Below, piece by piece: positions 17,447-26,743 of a DNA stretch of 62,449 bases. Numbering within the stretch: position 1 is the stretch's first letter; every line of letters starts with the position of its first letter. Source of the stretch: a virus (lineage: Duplodnaviria > Caudoviricetes); IMG/VR virus record IMGVR_UViG_3300034166_000053, positions 1 through 62,449 of that record; one strand, 5' to 3'. The notes beneath the pieces were generated by a model that saw nothing but the letters and a program-made list of their open reading frames with translations, was not told the origin of the DNA and did not search any database. Made by a program: the position numbers and the translations under genes.

Positions 17447-18430
17447 TCAAGCCTCCAATTTCATAAGTTCACGAGCATACTGCTCGGGGGTGAGTCCAAA
17501 TTTCTTTGCCAAGCCAACCTGCGTCTTGGTAAGAACGACCTTTTTGGGAGCCGTACTTCTCTTTGCAGGTGCCACCACCGTGCTTGGTCTAGTACGTTGA
17601 GGTGGTTCATCCTCATCGTTTGATTGGTTCGATCCAAACTCTTCAGGGAAGCGTTTGCGAACCTCTTTGTCGATACTTTCATAGTATTCGTTGGTGCCGA
17701 TGAAGGCTCTTCCGTAGCGTTCTGCCAACTCTTCATGGACACCCTCGGCAAATCGGCGCATTCCGCGCTTATTAGGGTCTACGAACCATTCGTTCTTCGA
17801 CACCCAAGCTGCCACTTTCGGGTCCATCTGCTGCTGGGCAGGCGGCTTTTGTGTGGTTTGTACATCATTTTCTACAGTTTGTACAGTCGGTTTGAAGTTT
17901 TTGGCCTTATCAAGCTTCAACTGCGCCCGCATCATCTCCTGCTGGGCGTCTAGCAGTTTGTCTGCTTCCCCAGAGTCGTAGGCATCTTTGAAGTTCCGTT
18001 TGGCCTGCTCCAACTCCATTTCAGCCGAAGTCTGATACGTGGAGATAAGCTCCTTCTCGCCGCTTTGCAGCATGCTCTTGAGCTTCTTGTTTTCCTCAAG
18101 AATGTTCTGAGCGATCTGTAGCGCCTCTTGCTGCTCTCGATATGCAGCCTCTTTCGCACGCCGCTCGTCGTGCCAAGCCTTCTTATATTGCTTGAACTTC
18201 GTCTTGACGTTGTGCGAGTAGTCTTTCGACTCGTCAACTTTCTCTAGCTCTTCCTTGACTTCGTCAGAAAGAGGGGCGACGTAGCGGTCTTCGGCAGGGG
18301 TGTCGTCCTTGACCTCGACCTTTACTTCGTCTGAATCTTCCTCAAACGAGACATCAATATCGTCTTCGGGTTTACCCTTAGAGTCCTTGACCTCGTCGGG
18401 GAACTTGAAATCGTCATCGTCTTTTGCCAT
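17447..18430 (-). CDS. Scaffolding protein
   Basis: Acidic N-terminus, coiled coil, C-terminal LAKKFGLTPEQYA helix; between portal and capsid. Confidence 0.75.
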   Translation of the reverse strand: MAKDDDDFKFPDEVKDSKGKPEDDIDVSFEEDSDEVKVEVKDDTPAEDRYVAPLSDEVKEELEKVDESKDYSHNVKTKFKQYKKAWHDERRAKEAAYREQQEALQIAQNILEENKKLKSMLQSGEKELISTYQTSAEMELEQAKRNFKDAYDSGEADKLLDAQQEMMRAQLKLDKAKNFKPTVQTVENDVQTTQKPPAQQQMDPKVAAWVSKNEWFVDPNKRGMRRFAEGVHEELAERYGRAFIGTNEYYESIDKEVRKRFPEEFGSNQSNDEDEPPQRTRPSTVVAPAKRSTAPKKVVLTKTQVGLAKKFGLTPEQYARELMKLEA

Positions 18431-18441
18431 CGTGTCGCTCC

Positions 18442-18852
18442 TTATTTGCGTTTGATGCCGCGTGGGTCTTCGACAACACCTTCGACAGTGTCATCGTTGA
18501 TGATGCGGAACTCCCTGCCGTGGATGATCAGGCGGGTACCGCTGTTGGGGCGTACCAGCACAAAGTCACCCTTCTTGCACCAAGGACCCGTAGGGAACTT
18601 GGCCTTGTCCACATAGCAATCTGGACCAAGATCAACCACGAACAGGACTGTGGTCAGTACCTCTTCGTTACGCATGGTGATGTCAGACTTGATAAGTCCG
18701 ACTTCGCTGTCTTCAAACTCTTTCTCTGCCTCGGGAATCGCGCAAAGAATCTTGTAGCCGCTTGGCTTTGGTAGCTGTTTTGCTTTCTCTTCCGCTCTCT
18801 TGTGCAGCACCGCAGACAGGTCTACAGCACTACTTAGATCGAGATCACTCAT
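18442..18852 (-). CDS. GroES-like co-chaperonin
   Basis: LPKPSGYKIL...VVDLGPDCY...PWCKKGDFV...FRIINDDTVEGVV. Confidence 0.75.
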   Translation of the reverse strand: MSDLDLSSAVDLSAVLHKRAEEKAKQLPKPSGYKILCAIPEAEKEFEDSEVGLIKSDITMRNEEVLTTVLFVVDLGPDCYVDKAKFPTGPWCKKGDFVLVRPNSGTRLIIHGREFRIINDDTVEGVVEDPRGIKRK

Positions 18853-19048
18853 CGAGTTGCTCCATGTTTTTTGTAAGGTCTGTGATGAATTTGCGAGCGA
18901 TGAGCAGACCTTTAATTTCCCCACACATCTCGCAGTACTCGTCGTACGATCTGGCACCTTTCGATCCCAAATGTTCTTCGAGTTGTTTGACTTTCTCGTC
19001 AATGTTGTTGACGACCACCGAAGTGGCCTTCAGGATTTCGTACATCAA
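18845..19048 (-). CDS. Small head-module protein
   Basis: YDEY..MCGEIKGL; overlaps both neighbours. Confidence 0.6.
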   Translation of the reverse strand: MMYEILKATSVVVNNIDEKVKQLEEHLGSKGARSYDEYCEMCGEIKGLLIARKFITDLTKNMEQLDE

Positions 19049-21543
19049 TCACCCTTCTTTTTTGGTTGTGATCTCTGTTGTTCGCGGCGCTGCTCAAGTT
19101 CACGCCTGTGCCTATCGACATCTGCCATCACCCGGAAGCCCTCCGATTGCTGACGTGAAGTGATCTGCTGCCGCTCAGACATAGTCTTGGCCATGAGCTT
19201 GGCCCCTTCAGACTGCTGCTGTGCCTCAATACGAGCTTTCTCGACGTTGATCTGCTCTTGTTTGAGTTGAGCATCTGTCTGGTCTTTTGTCGCCTTGCGC
19301 TGGAGGTCTTGCATCTTGAGTTGCAACTCTTGCTGCTGCAACTGGATGAGCGGGTCTTGTGCCATCTGCTGGTTCTTCTGCTGCTGGGCTTCCTGCATGT
19401 TGCGCTGGAGAAGCTGTTGTGCAGCCTGCGCCGCCATTTGAGAGACACGCACCTCCATCTCTGGAGACATCTCGACCTCGTCCTGCTCTTCGCTGTACGG
19501 GGGCAGCATCTGGCCCATCGCCTGCTCAACCTGCTTGCGATACTCCATGCCCAAGTGCTCGACGACGTGCGCCATCATGGCCGCTTGAAGCGCCTGCGCC
19601 ATCTGCGGATTCATACCCACTAGAGCCTGAATCTTGGGGTCCTGCGCCGCTGCCATGTGGACTGCGATGTGCGCCTGATGGTCCTGATAGATGAACGCCT
19701 TGACCGGCTTGTTGCGCAAGATGTTCATGTTCTCCGTGACCGGATCACGAGGCTTCATGTCATCCGACATCGGCACGAGCTTCTGGTAGTTCTTGATGCC
19801 GAGCACATCCAACATCTGACGATGCAATAGCGGAAGGTCATACAACTGAGGCGCTGTTTGAGCTAGCTGAAGAGCCGCCTGATACTGAACAACCTTCTGA
19901 GCCATAGTGGCCGCGTTGGGATCGCTCACCGGGATGACATCAACTTGGTCGTAGTCGCTCTGCTTGATCGACCGGCCACCCTCCTCGGGCATGTACGAGT
20001 ACGCCGGAGGCGTATAGTCCCTGATGATCTCTTTGAGCAGCTTGAACTCTTGCCGCATCGCATAGTGGATGCGAGCCTGCACTGCCGACATCGTCTTAAG
20101 CTGCCGCTCAAGAATGGCCAGAGTCGTGCCCACCGGGGCCTGAGCAGACATGTCAGAGGTCTGCAACTCAACCGCGCCCGCAAACTTGCGGCCTTCCTCG
20201 ATGATCTGGTTAAGAAGCGCCGCTAAGACCTGACTTGGCTCCTTGTAAGGAAGAGGCATGATGTTGTCCCGCATGTTGCCACTAGGAACGTCCATGTCTC
20301 GCCATTCTCCGGGACTGATAGGAGTGTCATCCCCTTTTGCTCGTAGTCCTCGGGTCTTGAATCCCCCTGGAAGATTAGATAGAGTGCCAGCATCGACAAG
20401 CTGACGCAGGATAGAAGTACCAGACTTAGCAAATGCACCGACCAGATGAATGAGGCCGAACGCATAGAACCCAAAGCCCGGAATGTACGGATAGTGGACA
20501 AAGTGCTGCCGCTTCTGGTGCGTCTTGTCATTGGGTCTCCAATTCCTACGGATGGCCAGCACCTCGCCGGTACCCTTCTCAATCGTCACGACATACGGCA
20601 GCGCAATGCCCGTCTCTTTGCCATCGTCGTCCTTGTGCTCGTGGCCTTTGAGGTCGATCTCGACGTGCATCTCTAGCAGCTTGAAGCGGTTGTCCTCAGT
20701 CGCACGAAAGCCCAGCTTCTCAGCGATCTTCTTCTCAACCTCGTCCATGACTTGGACCGGCTCACCCAGGTCCACGTCCCGATAGAACCCCTCGTGCTGG
20801 AGCCTGCGCACATCGTTGGGGGTTTTACGCATGACGTGCGTCACACGCTCTGCCGACTCAAGGCTCGACGCGCCGTATGGCACCACAACGTCCTCAGCCG
20901 GGACATACATCGAGACCTGCCGGTCCAGTTGCAGATCAACGTAGACCTTCTTGAACGCATTACCCGCAAGGCCCAAGCCCCAGAGCATGCGCTCATGCTC
21001 AGGGCGGTACTCGACCATCACCTCGGTCATCTGATAGTTCATGTCCTCTTGGACACGCTCAGCCGCCTTCTTTTTCTCAGGGGTTTCTTTGCCGATGATC
21101 TTGGTCTTGACCGGACCCGCAGCGGGGAAGGTCTCCATCATCGTCTCTGCCTGAAACTTGACGACCGCCTCAGACAGCAGCGGGTGGTACACGCCGCAAG
21201 CGCCCGGCCACGGCTCAGTACGCTCTTCGAGCTTCATGCCAAGCAGTTCTAGGCCATCGACGTACGTCTTGATCCAGTCTTTGCGGGAGTCAATGTCGCT
21301 CTCGTAGTCGCCGATCAGGTTGCCCGCAAGCTCAGTAAGCTCACGCTCGTCCATGTCCTCGGCAAGGTTCTTATCAAACTCGTCCTCAATATCTGCCTTG
21401 GCAATCTCAAGGGTGAACTCGCCCTGACTGATAGATACTGACTCGGGGTCCTCGATCTCAATCTCGATGGGGTCCTCCACCTCGCTGATCTGGTCCAAGC
21501 CTTGAGGGGCCTGATAAAACGCCTTGTCGATATTTGTTGCCAT
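19045..21543 (-). CDS. Portal protein
   Basis: 832 aa following terL; PWPGACGVYHPLL, GNAFKKVY, LVDAGTLSNLPGG, long Gln-rich C-terminal barrel. Confidence 0.9.
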   Translation of the reverse strand: MATNIDKAFYQAPQGLDQISEVEDPIEIEIEDPESVSISQGEFTLEIAKADIEDEFDKNLAEDMDERELTELAGNLIGDYESDIDSRKDWIKTYVDGLELLGMKLEERTEPWPGACGVYHPLLSEAVVKFQAETMMETFPAAGPVKTKIIGKETPEKKKAAERVQEDMNYQMTEVMVEYRPEHERMLWGLGLAGNAFKKVYVDLQLDRQVSMYVPAEDVVVPYGASSLESAERVTHVMRKTPNDVRRLQHEGFYRDVDLGEPVQVMDEVEKKIAEKLGFRATEDNRFKLLEMHVEIDLKGHEHKDDDGKETGIALPYVVTIEKGTGEVLAIRRNWRPNDKTHQKRQHFVHYPYIPGFGFYAFGLIHLVGAFAKSGTSILRQLVDAGTLSNLPGGFKTRGLRAKGDDTPISPGEWRDMDVPSGNMRDNIMPLPYKEPSQVLAALLNQIIEEGRKFAGAVELQTSDMSAQAPVGTTLAILERQLKTMSAVQARIHYAMRQEFKLLKEIIRDYTPPAYSYMPEEGGRSIKQSDYDQVDVIPVSDPNAATMAQKVVQYQAALQLAQTAPQLYDLPLLHRQMLDVLGIKNYQKLVPMSDDMKPRDPVTENMNILRNKPVKAFIYQDHQAHIAVHMAAAQDPKIQALVGMNPQMAQALQAAMMAHVVEHLGMEYRKQVEQAMGQMLPPYSEEQDEVEMSPEMEVRVSQMAAQAAQQLLQRNMQEAQQQKNQQMAQDPLIQLQQQELQLKMQDLQRKATKDQTDAQLKQEQINVEKARIEAQQQSEGAKLMAKTMSERQQITSRQQSEGFRVMADVDRHRRELEQRREQQRSQPKKKGD

Positions 21544-21552
21544 GATGTATCC

Positions 21553-23073
21553 TTAGTAATACGCGGCTTTCTTGCGATACTGTCGCAAGAAATTGTCTTC
21601 CGGCTCGTCAGTCGGAAGGCGGATGAACCCACCCTGCCTAAATCTTAACAGTGCAAGGGTCGTAGAGTCCACCAAGTCGTCGTTGGCTCCAGAGGGAAAG
21701 TCGTTGCACTCCTCCATGACCTCTTTGGCCCACCGCCTGTCGGGTGCAAACACCACGCCACCTTGAAACAGTGACGACACCGCGTTGACCCGAGCGATCT
21801 TGTCCTGGCCTTTGCCCGGCGTGAACTCCGCCACGGGTATGCCCATACGCCGAAACTCTTGATAGAGCACTGAGCCAGATGATTTCTTCTCGACCATGAA
21901 CGAGTCAGGCTCCCACTCCTGATACTCGCGCAGCACCAACGCCTTTAGCTCTGGATACTCCATCCGTTTCTTGATGGCGTTGAGCAAAATGATGGCAAAG
22001 TTGTTCGTTTCCTCGTTATAGAACACACCCCAGACGGTAAGTGCGTTATAGTCAGACCTGTTATTGGCCTCCTGCGCAGCATCCAGACTCATAATGGTGA
22101 ACTCGCACGGCGGAGGGTCATCCTTTTCCCAAATTTGCCACCACTCGCGTTTGATCAGCGCACCTTCTTCTGAAGTGGGCTTTTGCAGGTACTGAGCGTT
22201 CCAATACCGGATGTCCATCGCCGCTTTCTTGCCCAGCAACTCATTGACATCCCAAAAGTCAGGCCACAGAGCCTCGCCGTCGTCCTTGATGGCCGGAAAC
22301 TCGATCACCTCCCACTGATCGACCCCCTGTTCACGCTCCATCTGGTTCACGACCATGCCCGTGAGGTCCAGTTTGGACCACCGAGTCATCACAATAATGA
22401 TCGCACCGCCCGGCATAAGGCGCTGAAGAGGGCCAGACTGGAACCACTCCCAAGCAGGAAGAAAAACATCCGGTCGTCCGGTTTTTGCTTCTTGTTCAGA
22501 GTGAGGATCGTCAATAATGAAAAGATCAGCGCCCCGACCAGCGAGAGCACCTCCAACACCAATAGCGAAGTACTCACCATTAAAGTTTGTTCCCCATCGT
22601 GAGGCCGATTTTGAGTCCGCCTGAAGCTCAACCTGCGGGAAAATGTCCTTGTAGGTGTCCGCACCGACCAGATTTCGTACCCGCCGACCGAAGTTGACCG
22701 CCAAATCAGAGGTGTGGGAGGCCATGATGACCTTCTTCTGAGGATATTTCCCCAGAAACCACGCCGGAGCGAGGTACGAGATCAATTCTGACTTGCCATG
22801 ACGCGGCGCGATGTTCACTATCACGCGCTTTTTCTCACCTTTGGCAATGGCCTCAAAGACCTCGATCAGTTTTAGGTGGTGTGGGCCGACTTTGTAACCC
22901 GGATAGACGTGTTTGACGAAGTCCAAGAAGGAATCTTTGCCGATGACCTGCGTCATCTGGGTCTGATACTCCTTCATTAGCTCCAACACCCGACGTTTTT
23001 GCTTGTCAGGCATCGTCGGCAGAGCCTGCCGGAGCTTAAAAAGCTGGTCTGCGGTCAGTTTAGGCGCGGTCAT
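21553..23073 (-). CDS. terL: Terminase large subunit
   Basis: Walker A APRHGKS, Walker B FIIDDP, coupling motif MTRW, nuclease SLDAA and DDLVDS. Confidence 0.95.
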   Translation of the reverse strand: MTAPKLTADQLFKLRQALPTMPDKQKRRVLELMKEYQTQMTQVIGKDSFLDFVKHVYPGYKVGPHHLKLIEVFEAIAKGEKKRVIVNIAPRHGKSELISYLAPAWFLGKYPQKKVIMASHTSDLAVNFGRRVRNLVGADTYKDIFPQVELQADSKSASRWGTNFNGEYFAIGVGGALAGRGADLFIIDDPHSEQEAKTGRPDVFLPAWEWFQSGPLQRLMPGGAIIIVMTRWSKLDLTGMVVNQMEREQGVDQWEVIEFPAIKDDGEALWPDFWDVNELLGKKAAMDIRYWNAQYLQKPTSEEGALIKREWWQIWEKDDPPPCEFTIMSLDAAQEANNRSDYNALTVWGVFYNEETNNFAIILLNAIKKRMEYPELKALVLREYQEWEPDSFMVEKKSSGSVLYQEFRRMGIPVAEFTPGKGQDKIARVNAVSSLFQGGVVFAPDRRWAKEVMEECNDFPSGANDDLVDSTTLALLRFRQGGFIRLPTDEPEDNFLRQYRKKAAYY

Positions 23074-23632
23074 GCTTGTTTTGATTGACCACCATGCGTG
23101 CTTCCACGTCGATTACCTTGTCTTCAAGGTTTTCCAAGGTCTGGAGCAACTCTTTTTCGACCTCTTCAATCGACATGTGCTTGTGAGTGACCTCACTGCG
23201 CTTCTTAAAGGCATCAACTCCGTCGATTTCCCCCAAGTTTCGCAGTGCCGTGATCCTTGCTTTGGGGTCCTTGGCATTCTCAATCTCGGCAACGAGCTTG
23301 TTGACCACGTACATCTTTAGGTCAGACAACTCTTCCACGATAGAGACGTTCATCTGCGCAACCATGCCCGCCAGCATGGCCAGAGTCTCGTTGGGATACT
23401 TGGAGTAATCAGGCCGGTACTGCGGGTTGGCCATCATTTCCCGCGCTAGAGCCTTGGCCTCGTCAGCATTTTCCTGAGTTGGCAAGAGTGCTTGGCCCGT
23501 CAAGTCTGACATGAGCTTGATGACGTTGGCCCGCATCTGCAATTCTTGCTCAGCAGTGAGGTCAGGAAACGCCTCTTTGGCGTTGTCTGGCAGAGGAATG
23601 TTTTCCTCGATGGGCGGTACCAATGTCGTCAT
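23060..23632 (-). CDS. terS: Terminase small subunit (putative)
   Basis: Directly upstream of terL; RITALRNLGEIDGVDAF helix motif. Confidence 0.65.
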   Translation of the reverse strand: MTTLVPPIEENIPLPDNAKEAFPDLTAEQELQMRANVIKLMSDLTGQALLPTQENADEAKALAREMMANPQYRPDYSKYPNETLAMLAGMVAQMNVSIVEELSDLKMYVVNKLVAEIENAKDPKARITALRNLGEIDGVDAFKKRSEVTHKHMSIEEVEKELLQTLENLEDKVIDVEARMVVNQNKHDRA

Positions 23633-23668
23633 GTCAGAGAAGGAATCTCCGTTGGGTGTTGCATCGGG

Positions 23669-23696
23669 AATGTATCACAGAAATATATTTTTGCAA
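23669..23696 (-). promoter_or_regulatory. Putative sigma70-type promoter of the late operon
   Basis: TTGCAA-16bp-TACATT with TGn extended -10, upstream of terS. Confidence 0.45.
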
Positions 23697-24216
23697 CAAG
23701 GGGAGGTTGGGACTCCTACCGGGGGGTATTTCTGTAGGGGACTGTAAGAGATATGGCTGGGAAAAGTCATGGGGGAGGGGGTACTCTGTTGGAGTTTGGC
23801 GGAGTGTTTTGTCGGAAAACCTAGCATTCATGCGGGTTGCCGGGCGGTTTTTCCCCACATTTATTTTTACTTGGGGCTTGACATATAGAGGGGGAGTTCG
23901 GCAGGGTGTTTTGCCAAAACCGGCAATAACTAATTGGCCATCTAGAGTACCTGATGGGCCGCTAGGCCGCATGAATGCTGGGTTTTTTCTTCGCCGTCTG
24001 AGACTGAATCCGGGTGTAACTAGGCTTATAGAGGGGGAGTTTGGGGATGTGCGGGGTTATTTGTGTGTATCAGGGGGTATGGGGGCGAGGGAGGGACCCG
24101 TTTGGCGGCTTGGGGGGTGGGGGTGGGGGCGCGTCCCCCTCTAGAATTTGCAATACCCGTACCCCTTCAGCTATACATATATCACTGCGATGTCGCAGGG
24201 TTCCACGGAGTACATC

Positions 24217-24378
24217 ATGTACACAGTATCAGTTCAGTGGGAAGACAAGCGGATCACCCACACCGCATGGACCAAGGCGTCAGCCCTCGGATGGCTGGCC
24301 TGCTACCGACACCCCCAGGTGTTCGCTAAGGTGACCGACCTGTTCGGTCGTCGCGTAGCAGTCAAGTACCGCCGCTAA
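24217..24378 (+). CDS. Small early protein
   Basis: GGAG RBS then MYTVSVQWED; followed by a UUCG hairpin. Confidence 0.6.
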   Translation: MYTVSVQWEDKRITHTAWTKASALGWLACYRHPQVFAKVTDLFGRRVAVKYRR

Positions 24379-24623
24379 TCAACCGGGGGCTTCGGCCCCC
24401 ACACTTCTGGAGGATGCTATGACAACAGGACAGATCAACATCTGGCGACGCCATGTGTACGCAGCCATGCTGGACGCGCTGATACAGCGTCGCCCTTTTA
24501 GTAGGATGCCCAATAACCTCAAGGCGATCAAGGAGCAAGTAGCTCGGGCAACGTTCTGCGCCAAGTATGACGGCGACGACTACAGCCGCTACCCACGCCG
24601 CTGATCATCGGGGCTTCGGCCCC
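24370..24623 (+). repeat. Two copies of a stop-codon plus cUUCGg hairpin element (24370-24400, 24596-24623)
   Basis: CGCCGCTAATCAACCGGGGGCTTCGGCCCCC versus CGCCGCTGATCATCGGGGCTTCGGCCCC. Confidence 0.8.
24419..24604 (+). CDS. Small early protein
   Basis: GGAGG RBS; bounded by the repeated hairpins. Confidence 0.6.
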   Translation: MTTGQINIWRRHVYAAMLDALIQRRPFSRMPNNLKAIKEQVARATFCAKYDGDDYSRYPRR

Positions 24624-24798
24624 TTTGATACCAGTTATATGTCCCCGCGCGCGGCGGGCGCGTGCGCGTAGGCGCGGCCCCTATTTAGCGTTCCATCCCC
24701 CCGTGGAACTTTACTTAATCACCCCACGCATGGCATAAAGATATTGTCAGCAAGCAATCACGCCCTGACGTTTCATCAATCGTTCATTTTATGGAGAT

Positions 24799-25419
24799 AT
24801 GAACATGTCCGAAAAAACCTTCAAGTCCCTCAAGGACAGCGCATTTCAACAAGCCGGTGCAGCACAAACCCTTGAGGATGTGGCGCGCTACGTTCTCGGG
24901 CTGGTTCCGGGTTTCCCCAAGGATATCCCAAGCGAAACACGGGATGAGCTTTACGATGGTTATCGTATGAAGTTTGACACCCTCAAGCCAGCGCAGACTT
25001 ATGCGGTCATAAACGATCACATTGTCCTCGCGACTGATGAGCACAAGAAAGCGAAGAACGTCGAGAAAATCGATATCGGTGTGGCTTATGCTTTTTCCTA
25101 TTCAAGTCAGGAATTCGGCAAGCTTGCCAATACCCGGCCCGAGCTTCACAAGCTTTTGAAGGACGTCAGGGATACATGCAACACCTATTGTTCCAACCGA
25201 CTTGGGGACTTGAAGCGCGCAGCGACAAAAATCCTGAACAATGGCAAGGATCGACAGCGCGGCGCAAACAAGGACTTCGCTGAGTTTGTCGAAGCGTGGT
25301 TCAAGGATACCGCGCCCGACCGGCTCAAGTCAGCGTCAGCGCGTGGTGACAGTAGCGCAGACAGCAAGCGATTCAATGAAGCGAAAGTAGCGTTCATGGT
25401 TAAGTGGAACGCTAGCTGA
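24799..25419 (+). CDS. Early hypothetical protein
   Basis: GGAG RBS, 206-aa ORF, followed by a terminator. Confidence 0.75.
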   Translation: MNMSEKTFKSLKDSAFQQAGAAQTLEDVARYVLGLVPGFPKDIPSETRDELYDGYRMKFDTLKPAQTYAVINDHIVLATDEHKKAKNVEKIDIGVAYAFSYSSQEFGKLANTRPELHKLLKDVRDTCNTYCSNRLGDLKRAATKILNNGKDRQRGANKDFAEFVEAWFKDTAPDRLKSASARGDSSADSKRFNEAKVAFMVKWNAS

Positions 25420-25429
25420 TACTGACCCC

Positions 25430-25460
25430 AACCCGACCGGCTTGCCGGTCGGGTTTTTTT
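25430..25460 (+). terminator. Intrinsic terminator
   Basis: AACCCGACCGG-CTTG-CCGGTCGGGTT followed by a T run. Confidence 0.9.
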
Positions 25461-25589
25461 GCGCCTGCTATTTTGATACCAGTGATATGTCTTCGCGCGC
25501 GAGGCGTGTGCGCGTGACGTGGCGAACAAGACTCTTAATTAGCGTTCCACGCCCACGTGGAATCAGTTTGACCCCACATCCTATCGTTA

Positions 25590-25693
25590 AAGTTTATCAG
25601 ATTTTATCTTTTGGCCCTGTCTCCATCGCCTAAGTTTATCAGATTTTATCTCCAAGACCCGTTTCCATCGCCTAAGTTTATCAGATTTTATCT
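25590..25693. repeat. Three 20-bp direct repeats with 42-bp period
   Basis: AAGTTTATCAGATTTTATCT at 25590, 25632 and 25674. Confidence 0.95.
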
Positions 25694-25724
25694 TTTTAAT
25701 ACGATGGTATTCGATTTTGGCCTC

Positions 25725-26075
25725 GTTCTATAGGTAAATTAGAACAAGAACAAAATCGTTGGAAAAAAGCCTTATAAATCAACGAGTTACGGCGTTCTAT
25801 TTGTTCTACTGTTTTTGGGATAGGTCGGCAGCGTGATCGTTTTTGCACGAGCGAGGGCTTCGGGGCCAGTGCATTCCGTTCTACACCACGCAAAACACCG
25901 CAGGGGGGTCCTCTTTTCTTAATTTTCACCAGAACACAGAACATATACATAATAATATTTAATTTATTTATATATATCTATATCAAAACACACCAAAACC
26001 TAAACCTTCGACCTACATTTCAGTCCATTTCTCGGTTCTATATGTAAATTAGAACACGTAGAACATGTAGAACAA
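25725..26075. other. Putative replication origin
   Basis: 22-bp repeat GTTCTATAKGTAAATTAGAACA (25725, 26035), many AGAAC/GTTCT boxes, IHF consensus at 25777-25789, AT-rich core at 25941-25990. Confidence 0.55.
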
Positions 26076-26125
26076 GACTCCCCCCGCCCCCACAGCACCC
26101 CTGCCAAAGAAACCTGCGCAAGTCC

Positions 26126-26154
26126 TTGACTTATAAGTCAAGTTAGGTTACAAT
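26126..26154 (+). promoter_or_regulatory. Sigma70 promoter with palindrome over the -35 box
   Basis: TTGACT-17bp-TACAAT; perfect palindrome CTTGACTTATAAGTCAAG at 26125-26142. Confidence 0.8.
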
Positions 26155-26197
26155 AGAAGCAAGTCGAGAGGCGTCCGCTGCATCGGCTTATCTAGCG

Positions 26198-26215
26198 TTC
26201 CACGACCACGTGGAA
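26198..26215 (+). promoter_or_regulatory. Repeated palindromic leader element (also at 24691, 25545, 27189, 29346, 34665)
   Basis: TTCCACG-N4-CGTGGAA, usually preceded by TAGC. Confidence 0.75.
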
Positions 26216-26254
26216 TTCATCAACCAAGCATCAACACTATCGTTGGAGAATCTC

Positions 26255-26470
26255 ATGAACCAGTATGTTGTTTACATCCTGATGGACGGCGGCACACCCA
26301 TCGAGGCATACGCCGATGAAGAACTCGCACGCCACGACTGCTGGCTGTGCAACGAGGCCGAGAAGTTCTCGCCTGACCCCATGCCGTTCTGGGTCCAGCG
26401 CATGCCGATCAACATGGACACGTATTTCGAACTCAACGAAGGAAGGACCCCTGCCCCCGCTGAAATTTGA
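26255..26470 (+). CDS. Small early protein
   Basis: GGAG RBS before MNQYVVYIL. Confidence 0.6.
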   Translation: MNQYVVYILMDGGTPIEAYADEELARHDCWLCNEAEKFSPDPMPFWVQRMPINMDTYFELNEGRTPAPAEI

Positions 26471-26524
26471 CTTTGACTGATACATAAGACCAAAACATAG
26501 ACCTTAACCTCATTGGAGAATCCC

Positions 26525-26743
26525 ATGACTGATATTGACCACACCCCTGAGTGCCGCGTCTGCGGCGACGAGTTCCCCACCGGCAGGTGGATGCTTGGCT
26601 ACAAGTGGTGCAAAGACTGCGGCGAGACCATCGCCCGTAACGTGGTGCGAACCATCGTCCCGATGCATAAGAGCAATTACTTTCTTTGCACAAACCTCGA
26701 CGACCTCAAGGGCATCAACAACAAGGGAGGGCTGGTGCGATGA
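26525..26743 (+). CDS. C4 zinc-finger protein (DksA/TraR-like finger)
   Basis: CRVCGDEFPTGRWMLGYKWCKDCG. Confidence 0.6.
   Translation: MTDIDHTPECRVCGDEFPTGRWMLGYKWCKDCGETIARNVVRTIVPMHKSNYFLCTNLDDLKGINNKGGLVR

Larger units (their letters stand above)
24624..25562 (+). repeat. About 90-bp imperfect direct repeats (24624-24709, 25472-25562) flanking one gene
   Basis: TTTGATACCAGTKATATGTC, then a GCGCGC/GTGCGCGT tract, then TTAGCGTTCCA-N8-TGGAA in both copies. Confidence 0.8.

Noticed and set aside
23623-24144. ORFs in the G-rich intergenic region
   Set aside because: Low-complexity Gly/Arg/Trp translations with no RBS; better explained as non-coding
25590-25693. Mini CRISPR array
   Set aside because: The 22-bp spacers resemble each other, the repeat is not palindromic and there is no cas operon; the Cas4-like gene is an ordinary replication-module nuclease
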